Of a stretch of 64,000 nucleotides of DNA, positions 56,507 through 64,000 are shown one piece after another; within the stretch, counting starts at the first letter, position 1, and each line of letters starts with the position of its first letter. The notes under the pieces are model-generated. The model searched no databases and had not been told where the DNA came from. It saw nothing but the letters and a program-made list of their open reading frames with translations. This DNA comes from Candidatus Gastranaerophilales bacterium (GTDB lineage Bacteria > Cyanobacteriota > Vampirovibrionia > Gastranaerophilales > Gastranaerophilaceae): NCBI GenBank assembly GCA_944324475.1, contig CALUWK010000002.1, positions 33,387 through 97,386 of the forward strand, in the 5' to 3' direction. Both the position numbers and the translations under genes were made by a program.

Positions 56507-57735
56507 TTGTAGCAAGTATTGATTTAATGGACGGAAAAGCAGTTCAACTTCAACAAGGAAAAAACAAAGTGCTTGAACGTGAAGACGTTTTAGATATTGC
56601 AAAGTATTATTCACGTTTTGGCGAAATTGCAGTTATTGATCTCGATTGCGCTCTAAATACAGGTAAAAACAATGAAGAATTAATTAAAAAAATATGCAAA
56701 ATTGCTCCTGCAAGGGTAGGCGGAGGCATCAGAACAATCGAAAAAGCTAAAAAAGTTCTTTCCTGGGGGGCAAAAAAAATAATAATCGGAACAGCAGCAA
56801 GTGAAGATTTTTTATCAAAACTGCCAAAATCAAAAGTTCTCGTTGCAATAGATTCAAGAGACGGAAAAATCACAACAAAAGGTTGGATGGAAGTAAGTGA
56901 ATTTTCAACAATAGATTACGTAAAAAGATTTGAAGACTATTGCTCAGGTTTTGTTTTCACCATTGTTGAAAGAGAAGGCATGATGCAAGGGGCAGATATT
57001 AATTTTATTAAAGAAATTGCTTCCTCAACATCAAAACCTATAACAGCAGCAGGAGGCATCTCATCTGTTGAAGAAATTGTAGAACTAGAAAAAAATAATA
57101 TTAATTCACAACTAGGAATGTGTATATATACTGGTAAAATAACTCTCGAAGATGCTTTTTGCGCTTGTCTTGATTTCAGAAAACAAAATGGTTTAATTCC
57201 AACCATTGTACAAGATAAAATGACAAAACAAGTCATAATGTTAGCATATAGCAATGAAGAATCATTAAAAAAATCTTTCAAAGAAGGAATATGCACATAT
57301 TTTTCCCGTTCAAGAAATACCCTTAGAACAAAAGGCGAAGATCATGGAAACTATCAAGAATTATTAAATGCTAAATTTGACTGCGATAGAGACGCAATAC
57401 TCTTTACAGTAAAACAAAAAGGTAACTCTTGTCATCTCAACAGATTTAGTTGTTTTCAAGATAAAGATTTTACATTTGAAGAACTATATGAATTAATAGA
57501 AGATAGAAAAGAAAAAATGCCACAAAACAGCTACACCTGCACACTTTTTAGAGACAATTTTTTATTAAAGAAAAAAATTATGGAAGAAGCTTTTGAAGCG
57601 GTGAATTTCGAACAAACAGAAGGTCTTGCATGGGAAACAGCAGAGCTTATTTATCACCTTTTTGTATATATGTCAAAAAATAATGTAACCATTGAAGATG
57701 TTAGAAATAATCTGACTTCAAGGACTAAAAAATAA
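56503..57735 (+). CDS. trifunctional fusion: HisA-like ProFAR isomerase + phosphoribosyl-AMP cyclohydrolase (HisI) + phosphoribosyl-ATP pyrophosphatase (HisE)
   Basis: HisA part: aa 1-~225, with ASIDLMDGKAVQL, GGGIRT, IIIGTAA, AIDSRDGK, AAGGISS. HisI part: aa ~232-320, with IPTIVQD...YFSRSRNTLRTKGEDHGN...DCDRDAILF...CHLNRFSCF. HisE part: aa ~325-410, with SYTCTLF...KKIMEEAFE...ELIYHLFV. Confidence 0.8.
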   Translation: MIVASIDLMDGKAVQLQQGKNKVLEREDVLDIAKYYSRFGEIAVIDLDCALNTGKNNEELIKKICKIAPARVGGGIRTIEKAKKVLSWGAKKIIIGTAASEDFLSKLPKSKVLVAIDSRDGKITTKGWMEVSEFSTIDYVKRFEDYCSGFVFTIVEREGMMQGADINFIKEIASSTSKPITAAGGISSVEEIVELEKNNINSQLGMCIYTGKITLEDAFCACLDFRKQNGLIPTIVQDKMTKQVIMLAYSNEESLKKSFKEGICTYFSRSRNTLRTKGEDHGNYQELLNAKFDCDRDAILFTVKQKGNSCHLNRFSCFQDKDFTFEELYELIEDRKEKMPQNSYTCTLFRDNFLLKKKIMEEAFEAVNFEQTEGLAWETAELIYHLFVYMSKNNVTIEDVRNNLTSRTKK

Positions 57736-57752
57736 CTTTGAAAGGTTGAAAA

Positions 57753-58436
57753 ATGTCAGATTTATCAATAAAATGCAGACAATTTTTTAAAAAATGCAGA
57801 TTAGAAATTATATGTTTTTTAGTTGTTAATTTATTTAAACTTGAAAAAATATTTTATAAATGTAAATGCATTAACTATCCAAAAGAAAAATGTATGTTTG
57901 CACTATGGCATGCACATCAATGCGGCGTCTTTTCCTGCAATTTAAACAGAAAAACTTGCATTATGGTATCAAGTTCACAAGATGGTGAAATTATATCACG
58001 TGCGGCAAATGCTGTTGGAGTAGAAACAGTAAGAGGTTCAAAAACAAGAGGTGGAACAAAAGCAAGCCTTGAATTAATTAAAAGAATTCAAAACGAAGAT
58101 ATTAATGGTGCATTAACAATAGATGGACCCAAAGGACCAAACAGGGTTGTTAAAAAAGGTATTATTGAAATAGCAAAGATAGCAAAAGTACCCATTGTTC
58201 CGGCTGTTTATTGGAGTCCACAAAAAAGATTTCTAAAATTCAAATCTTGGGATAAATTCAGATTTCCACTTATTGGAACAAATCTTGTTATGATTTTTGG
58301 CGATCCGATTTCTGTTCCGGATAATCCAAATAACGAAGAAATTGAAAAAATACGTTTGAAGATAGAAAATGACTTAAAAAATTTATATAAAGATTTAAAA
58401 CAAAATTACTACACCTATTTAAAGCAAAAAAAATAA
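57753..58436 (+). CDS. DUF374-domain protein (lysophospholipid-acyltransferase-like; often Kdo-transferase associated)
   Basis: ALWHAHQ, MVSSSQDGEIISRAANAVGVETVRGS, DGPKGPNRVVKKGII. Confidence 0.7.
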   Translation: MSDLSIKCRQFFKKCRLEIICFLVVNLFKLEKIFYKCKCINYPKEKCMFALWHAHQCGVFSCNLNRKTCIMVSSSQDGEIISRAANAVGVETVRGSKTRGGTKASLELIKRIQNEDINGALTIDGPKGPNRVVKKGIIEIAKIAKVPIVPAVYWSPQKRFLKFKSWDKFRFPLIGTNLVMIFGDPISVPDNPNNEEIEKIRLKIENDLKNLYKDLKQNYYTYLKQKK

Positions 58437-58456
58437 TTTCGCTGCTTTAAACAAAT

Positions 58457-58813
58457 ATGAACAACATAAATTTCAAAGCAAAATTAACAATAAATCCAAA
58501 TCTTAAAAAAACCCTTAAAACAAGTGATATTGATGAAATAACACTAACTACAAAAAAATTCGTTGAAAATCCCAAAATTTCAAGCCTGCTAAATGAAGAT
58601 GAAGTTATTTTATCAGGCTTAAAAAGTAATGAAAAAGAAGGTCTTTCAATTCAAATAGGACAACAAAAAATTGAAATAAAAACAAAAGGACCAATAGAAA
58701 CAACACTCGTAATCGGACAAATTTTACTTTATCTTTGTGCAAAAGACAATATACATCCATTGAATGGAAGCATAGAAAGTATATTGGAAGCATCCGAAAA
58801 ACTAATAAATTAA
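58457..58813 (+). CDS. hypothetical protein
   Basis: 118-aa ORF, co-directional with the preceding genes. No recognisable motifs. Confidence 0.45.
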   Translation: MNNINFKAKLTINPNLKKTLKTSDIDEITLTTKKFVENPKISSLLNEDEVILSGLKSNEKEGLSIQIGQQKIEIKTKGPIETTLVIGQILLYLCAKDNIHPLNGSIESILEASEKLIN

Positions 58814-58816
58814 ATT

Positions 58817-59881
58817 CTAAAATAAATTCATCTGAGAGGTTTTTAATTTATAGCCTAAATATTCATAGGCATATTTTGTGGCCTTTCTGCCTCGTGGAGT
58901 TCTTGCAATTAAGCCTTTTTGAATTAAATACGGCTCGTATACGTCCTCTATTGTTCTAATATCTTCTCCTAAAGCAACCGCCAAAGTTTCAATTCCTACA
59001 GGACCACCATCAAAAGACTTTATTATTAGTTCAAGCAATGCTCTATCTGTTACATCAAGCCCTATTTCATCTATGTCAAGAGCTGAGAGTGCATCTTTTG
59101 CAACATCTTTTGTTATAACTCCGTCTCCTTTTACAATAGCCCAATCCGCGCTTCTTTTAACTAATCTATTCGCTATACGAGGAGTATAACGCGAGCGTTT
59201 TGCAATCTCCATTGCTCCATCATCATCAATTTGAAAATCCAAAATTTTAGCCGTTCTTTTTACAATTTTACTTAATTCTTCAGGAGTATAAAACTCTAGT
59301 CTGTGAATTATACCAAATCTATCTCTTAAAGGACCAGATAGTGCACCTGCTTTTGTTGTTGCGCCAATTAGAGTAAATTTTTGAATAGGAATTCGAACTG
59401 TTTTGACACTTTGATTTTTACCAGTAGTTAAATCTATAACAAAATCTTCCATAGCAGGATAAAGTATTTCTTCTGCTATTTTGTTTAGTCTATGAATTTC
59501 ATCAATAAAAAGAACTTCACCTTCTTTCATTTGCATTAAAATTCCAATTACATCCCTTGGTCTTTCTATCGAAGGAGCAGAAGTAATCTTTATTTTTGTA
59601 TTTAATTCATTAGCAATAATACTAGCAAGAGTAGTTTTACCAAGTCCAGGAGGTCCATAAAACAATAAATGATCAAGATGAACTTTTCTTTTTTTACTTG
59701 CCTCTATTGAAATTTTCAAAGTCTCTTTAATTGATGTCTGACCAATATAGTCATCAAAATTCAAAGGACGTATATTTTTTTCATATCCATCCTCATTTGA
59801 AACACAAGTAGCACTTAAGTCAGGATTTACCTGCTTAAGTGCTTTATTAGTTTTCATATTTTCGTTATCTGAAATTATCAT
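58817..59881 (-). CDS. ruvB: Holliday junction branch migration helicase RuvB
   Basis: Walker [12 protein letters not shown], Walker [10 protein letters not shown], sensor motifs, and a winged-helix C-terminus. Confidence 0.95.
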   Translation of the reverse strand: MIISDNENMKTNKALKQVNPDLSATCVSNEDGYEKNIRPLNFDDYIGQTSIKETLKISIEASKKRKVHLDHLLFYGPPGLGKTTLASIIANELNTKIKITSAPSIERPRDVIGILMQMKEGEVLFIDEIHRLNKIAEEILYPAMEDFVIDLTTGKNQSVKTVRIPIQKFTLIGATTKAGALSGPLRDRFGIIHRLEFYTPEELSKIVKRTAKILDFQIDDDGAMEIAKRSRYTPRIANRLVKRSADWAIVKGDGVITKDVAKDALSALDIDEIGLDVTDRALLELIIKSFDGGPVGIETLAVALGEDIRTIEDVYEPYLIQKGLIARTPRGRKATKYAYEYLGYKLKTSQMNLF

Positions 59882-61203
59882 TAATGAACTAAAAATCTAA
59901 AATAAATATAAACTGTAGAAATTAACAAAGATATAGCAGTTACAATTATACCATACTTTAAAAATTTCATAAACGAAATAGGGCAACCTGCTTTTGCAGC
60001 ATTTTCAGATACTATAACATTTGCTGCCGCACCGATTATAGTCATGTTACCACCAAGACAAGCGCCTAAAGCCAAACACCACCACAATGGATGCGCATAA
60101 GTATGACCCATAGTCTGCTCAATAGTAGCTATCATTGGAGCCATTGTCGCAGTATATGGAATATTATCAATTATTCCTGACAAAATTCCTGATGCCCATA
60201 AAATTATCATAGAAGTTGCAGTTTGAGAACCTTGAGTAACATCTAATAGCCATTTTGCCATCAATGCAATTCCGCCTGATTCTTCTAAACCACCAATTAT
60301 TATAAATAAACCAACAAAGAAAAATATTGTATTCCACTCAACTTCAACAAGTACTTCAGCCGGTTTTTCAAAAATCAAAAGAACACTTGCCCCAATCATA
60401 GCTATTAAAAATGTAGGGATATGTGATATATCATGTGAAATAAAACCTAAAATTACAAGTAATAAAACAACTCCGGAGCGAATAGCAAGATTCATATCTG
60501 TTATTGATTTTGAATTATCAATTTTAGACACAAGTTCCATTTTTTCAGGAGATGATTTTAACTCTTTTCTATATATAAAAATCAAAAGAGCAATAACAAC
60601 TGCCATAATGACAACTACAATGCCAGTTAATTCACGCACAAAATCCATAAAACTAAAATTAGCAGCAGAGCCAATTATTATATTCGGAGGGTCACCAATT
60701 AAAGTAGCTGTACCACCTATATTTGAACAGAAAATTTCAGTTATCAAAAAAGGAATAGGACTAATATCCAACAATTTACAAGCAGCAAAAGTGATTGGCA
60801 TAACAAGTATAACAGTTGTGACATTGTCTAAAAATGCAGATGCTACAGCGGTAAACACAGCTAAAGCAGCAAGTACAAGCTTTGGTTTTCCTTTTGTTTT
60901 TTTTAAAATTTCATTTGCAAGCCATGTAAACATGCCTGATTTTGAAGCAATATGAACTATAATCATCATTGAAACAAGCAAAAATATTACATTAAAATCA
61001 ATAAAAGAAACAAAGTAAGATGCAAGGTTATCCTTTGTTTTTTCAGTAGCAAGTAAACCTAAAAACAAAGTTAAAGATCCACCCAAAAGAGCAATTACAA
61101 CTTTTGGTATTTTTTCCCATGCAATAAAAACATAAGCAACCAACAAAATAATTGCAGAGGTTAAAATTGCATTATTTGACACAAATTCATGTAAATATTC
61201 CAT
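59881..61203 (-). CDS. ArsB/NhaD-superfamily anion/cation permease
   Basis: Ten to twelve TM helices. [10 protein letters not shown] and [10 protein letters not shown] are repeated-half motifs typical of the ArsB/NhaD (citrate-transporter-like) fold. Confidence 0.7.
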   Translation of the reverse strand: MEYLHEFVSNNAILTSAIILLVAYVFIAWEKIPKVVIALLGGSLTLFLGLLATEKTKDNLASYFVSFIDFNVIFLLVSMMIIVHIASKSGMFTWLANEILKKTKGKPKLVLAALAVFTAVASAFLDNVTTVILVMPITFAACKLLDISPIPFLITEIFCSNIGGTATLIGDPPNIIIGSAANFSFMDFVRELTGIVVVIMAVVIALLIFIYRKELKSSPEKMELVSKIDNSKSITDMNLAIRSGVVLLLVILGFISHDISHIPTFLIAMIGASVLLIFEKPAEVLVEVEWNTIFFFVGLFIIIGGLEESGGIALMAKWLLDVTQGSQTATSMIILWASGILSGIIDNIPYTATMAPMIATIEQTMGHTYAHPLWWCLALGACLGGNMTIIGAAANVIVSENAAKAGCPISFMKFLKYGIIVTAISLLISTVYIYFRFLVH

Positions 61204-61327
61204 AATCCTCCTAAATTAGTTAAATAAAAATAGTCAATAAATAAATAATATATTAAAAATATGTTTAGTAAAGTATTAAAACATTTTTTATTATGGTATA
61301 GTAAAAACGTTAAATAAAGAAAGAAAA

Positions 61328-62086
61328 ATGGACAATCTTAAGAATTTAATTAAAACAATCAAAATACTTCGTTCACCTGAAGGCTGCGAGTGGGATAGAG
61401 CTCAAACACACAAAACAATAAGACAAAATATGCTTGAAGAAGCCTATGAAGCAGTTGAGGCGATTGACGAAAATAACTCGGAACATCTAAAAGAAGAACT
61501 GGGAGATGTTCTTTTGCAAGTCTTGTTACATTCACAAATTGCAGATGATGACGGTGAATTTAACATTGAAGACGTTGCAAAACTATTAAATGAAAAACTT
61601 ATACACAGACATCCGCATGTTTTTGGAGACAAAAAAACAAAAGACACAAAACAAATCTTGCAAAACTGGGAAAAATTAAAAGCAGAAGAAAAAAAAGAAA
61701 GAAAGAAAACACTTGACGGTATACCATCAACCCTACCTGCACTGTTGTGCTGTATGAAAATCTCTAAAAAGGCAGCCAGAGCAGGTTTTGAATGGAAAAA
61801 TGAAAAACAAGTCATTGAATGTTTTTTAAGCGAAATAGAAGAATTCAAAAATGCTAAAACGATAAATAATAAAGAGGAAGAACTAGGCGATATTCTGTTT
61901 TCACTGGTAAACATTGCAAGGTGGAATGATATTGACCCTGAGACAGCTTTAAGTAAAGCAAATAAAAAATTTATAAAAAGATTTAACAAATTAGAAACTT
62001 TAACAGAAAAAAATCTAAATGAACTAACTTTTGAAGAATATAACGAATTATGGTCAATAGCAAAAAAACTAACAAAAGAGGATTAA
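61328..62086 (+). CDS. mazG: nucleoside triphosphate pyrophosphohydrolase MazG
   Basis: LRSPEGCEWDRAQTH, EEAYEAVEAI, and EELGDVLLQV, with a second MazG-type half (EELGDILFSLVN). Confidence 0.9.
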   Translation: MDNLKNLIKTIKILRSPEGCEWDRAQTHKTIRQNMLEEAYEAVEAIDENNSEHLKEELGDVLLQVLLHSQIADDDGEFNIEDVAKLLNEKLIHRHPHVFGDKKTKDTKQILQNWEKLKAEEKKERKKTLDGIPSTLPALLCCMKISKKAARAGFEWKNEKQVIECFLSEIEEFKNAKTINNKEEELGDILFSLVNIARWNDIDPETALSKANKKFIKRFNKLETLTEKNLNELTFEEYNELWSIAKKLTKED

Positions 62087-63781
62087 ATGAACAATAAAAA
62101 AATTGATATAGAACCATGTTACATACTTTTATTAATTTTAGGTTGTATACTTTTTATTTTTTCTAATATAGGAATATATCCTTTAATTGACATAGACGAA
62201 ACAAGGTACGTTAATATAAGCAAATATATGTATCTTACAAAAGAATATTTAACCCCCATATTAAACTTTGAACCTTTTTTAGAAAAACCACCATTGTATT
62301 TTTGGTTAAACATATTATCATATAAATTTTTTAATACTCAAAGTATTTTTGCCAGTCGTTTTGCAACAGGTTTAGTCGGAAGTTTCGGAGTTTTATTTAC
62401 CTATTTTTTTGCAAAAAAAATTTTAAATGACAAATTATACGGCTTTTTAAGTGCAAGCATACTTTTAGCCAGTGCATGGTTTTTAGTTTTTTGCCATGTT
62501 GCAATTTTAGATTTAAATTTTATGGTTTTTTCAATGTGCGCTATATATTGTGCAATCTTGCCCTTATTTATTGATAATGAAAAAACAAAAAAAATATGTT
62601 GGTATTTTGGTTATGCTTTTATGGCAATATCAATTCTGGCAAAAGGTTTTATAGGACTTGCTGTACCTGCTATGGTAGTATTTTTCACCTACCTTATATT
62701 CAATAAATTAAAAGAAATTTTTAAACCGATCTACATTATTCCTGGATTAATACTATTTTTAGTAATTGCACTACCTTGGCACATAATGATTTATAAGGCC
62801 CATGGAGCAAATTGGGTAAATATGTATATCTTAAAACATCATTTTGCAAGATTATTAAATTCAGAAGGACTTGGAAGAAAACAACCTTTTTTATTCTATG
62901 TACCAATTATTTTAGCAGGATTAATACCTTGGACATTTAATTTTATTGTTTCACTAATTAAAGACATTAAAAATTTTGTACAAAAAATTAAAACAAAAGC
63001 TATTTTCAAATTCAATACAACAAATTCTAAGGTTTTAGCTTTTGCATATACGTATGCTATTTGTACGTTTTTATTTTTCTCAAGTGCAAGCACAAAACTC
63101 CCTCCATATATTCTGGCTATGTTTCCAGCTTTATCCCTTATTATTGGAAATTTGTGGTATAGGGCAATACAATATGACGAAAATAAAAAAGAACTCAAAA
63201 TTTCAAATTATATAAATTCTATTCTTTTTGCAATAATTTCTTTTTCAGGAATTGTCTTTGCACTAGTTTATAAAGCAATTTTACCAAAAAACATAGAATT
63301 TTATATTGATAATGCAACAACTTTTGCTATACCATCATTAATTTATATTTTTATTATTTCATCGTATGCTATTGATTCCATAAAAAAAGAAAAAATATTT
63401 CAAACCTTCATATTTCATCTTGCACTTATGATTGGAGTAGTATATGTAACATGCGACTTTGGAATTCCTTATTATACAAGCTTTGCTCAAGATGAACTTG
63501 AAGAATATGCAGCATTTATAAACCAACAAAAAAATTCCCAAACTGTAACTTATGGCTTTAGTGCAAAATATTCAATATTAAACCCTAAAAAGAAAATAAA
63601 ATATATTGTAACAAGTAACAAAGACAACTACGAAGAATTAGTAAAATATATCAACAAAAATAAAAAGAAAAATGTCTACATCTTAACAAGAACCAAAAAC
63701 AATGATTTAGACAACAAAAAAGAATTTAAACAAATTAAAAGCGGAAAAATTTATAAAATATACAAAGATACAATTCACTAG
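62087..63781 (+). CDS. GT39/GT83-type (ArnT/PMT-like) membrane glycosyltransferase
   Basis: DETRY motif in the first periplasmic loop (IDIDETRYVNISK), KPPLYFW, more than 10 TM helices, and a soluble C-terminal domain. Confidence 0.8.
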   Translation: MNNKKIDIEPCYILLLILGCILFIFSNIGIYPLIDIDETRYVNISKYMYLTKEYLTPILNFEPFLEKPPLYFWLNILSYKFFNTQSIFASRFATGLVGSFGVLFTYFFAKKILNDKLYGFLSASILLASAWFLVFCHVAILDLNFMVFSMCAIYCAILPLFIDNEKTKKICWYFGYAFMAISILAKGFIGLAVPAMVVFFTYLIFNKLKEIFKPIYIIPGLILFLVIALPWHIMIYKAHGANWVNMYILKHHFARLLNSEGLGRKQPFLFYVPIILAGLIPWTFNFIVSLIKDIKNFVQKIKTKAIFKFNTTNSKVLAFAYTYAICTFLFFSSASTKLPPYILAMFPALSLIIGNLWYRAIQYDENKKELKISNYINSILFAIISFSGIVFALVYKAILPKNIEFYIDNATTFAIPSLIYIFIISSYAIDSIKKEKIFQTFIFHLALMIGVVYVTCDFGIPYYTSFAQDELEEYAAFINQQKNSQTVTYGFSAKYSILNPKKKIKYIVTSNKDNYEELVKYINKNKKKNVYILTRTKNNDLDNKKEFKQIKSGKIYKIYKDTIH

Positions 63782-63984
63782 ACTTCTTCAGCTTCTATTT
63801 TATCAAAATGTTCTTTTGCTTCCCTTTGAATTAATTTTGCTTTAACAAAGTTATTTGTAGCAGTCTTTCTAATATCTTCTGATAAAGAACTTTTCATAGA
63901 TTTTTTTGCAGCACTATCTGCAAGTATAACTCCAACAGGAGCTAACAAACTAAATACAGATGATAATTTACCATGTTTTTCCAT
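63778..63984 (-). CDS. small hypothetical protein
   Basis: 68-aa ORF with one hydrophobic segment. It overlaps the GT39 stop convergently by 4 nt, has no clear SD, and is close to the window edge. Confidence 0.3.
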   Translation of the reverse strand: MEKHGKLSSVFSLLAPVGVILADSAAKKSMKSSLSEDIRKTATNNFVKAKLIQREAKEHFDKIEAEEV

Positions 63985-64000
63985 AAAAGGATTAACTTTA

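Noticed and set aside
1-64000. CRISPR arrays, rRNA/tRNA genes, insertion sequences, prophage genes
   Set aside because: I saw no regularly spaced direct repeats, no cloverleaf or rRNA-like GC-rich segments, and no transposase, integrase or phage structural signatures in any frame. The only notable DNA repeats are the two described (393 nt and ~54 nt).

Overview
The window is a visibly AT-rich, tightly packed chromosomal segment. Most intergenic gaps are under 100 bp and many start/stop codons overlap. The organism looks diderm: the window encodes a secretin, an Omp85-type TpsB, an ArnT-like GT39 and a DUF374 protein.

I can support about 65 protein-coding genes. By eye I found no rRNA, tRNA, CRISPR array, transposase or integrase. 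Everything here comes from reading the ORF translations and the DNA; no database search was run. Hand-indexed coordinates of small motifs may be off by 1-2 nt.

Housekeeping genes:
- Translation and core functions: rpsB-tsf, obg, lysC, tilS-hpt, tpiA, ruvB, mazG.
- One minus-strand run: aroC-aroK-aroB, a Nif3-like gene, coaBC and gmk.
- dnaG-rpoD, and a sigma-28 (FliA-type) factor.

Accessory content:
- A compact type IV pilus / T2SS-like module with a PilP-like protein, secretin, PilB/GspE ATPase and PilC/GspF platform. It has no PilMNO and no pilin.
- A divergently transcribed two-partner secretion pair (TpsB plus a 1173-aa TpsA).
- An isolated pilin-like gene. Its class III signal peptide is fused to about 20 cysteines arranged in CxxCPxGxYQ repeats, and it sits next to an XRE regulator and a repeated AATTACA motif.
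- A FliO-like gene that overlaps a SAF-less NeuB-like synthase, followed by a KdsC-like phosphatase.
- A single ORF fusing HisA, HisI and HisE.
- A B12-binding radical SAM enzyme paired with an SDR.
- A QueC-like gene paired with a DUF366-like gene.
- Two tandem, otherwise diverged paralogs of unknown function that share a 393-nt stretch of perfect nucleotide identity.

Several traits are compatible with a non-photosynthetic cyanobacterial relative (Melainabacteria-like): CsaB, PBS-lyase-type HEAT repeats, a Tic20-like membrane protein, SpmA/SpmB and flagellar genes. This cannot be established without a search.

The best candidates for something undescribed are the cysteine-repeat pilin locus, the mosaic paralog pair, the HisA-HisI-HisE fusion and the FliO-like/NeuB-like/KdsC-like linkage.
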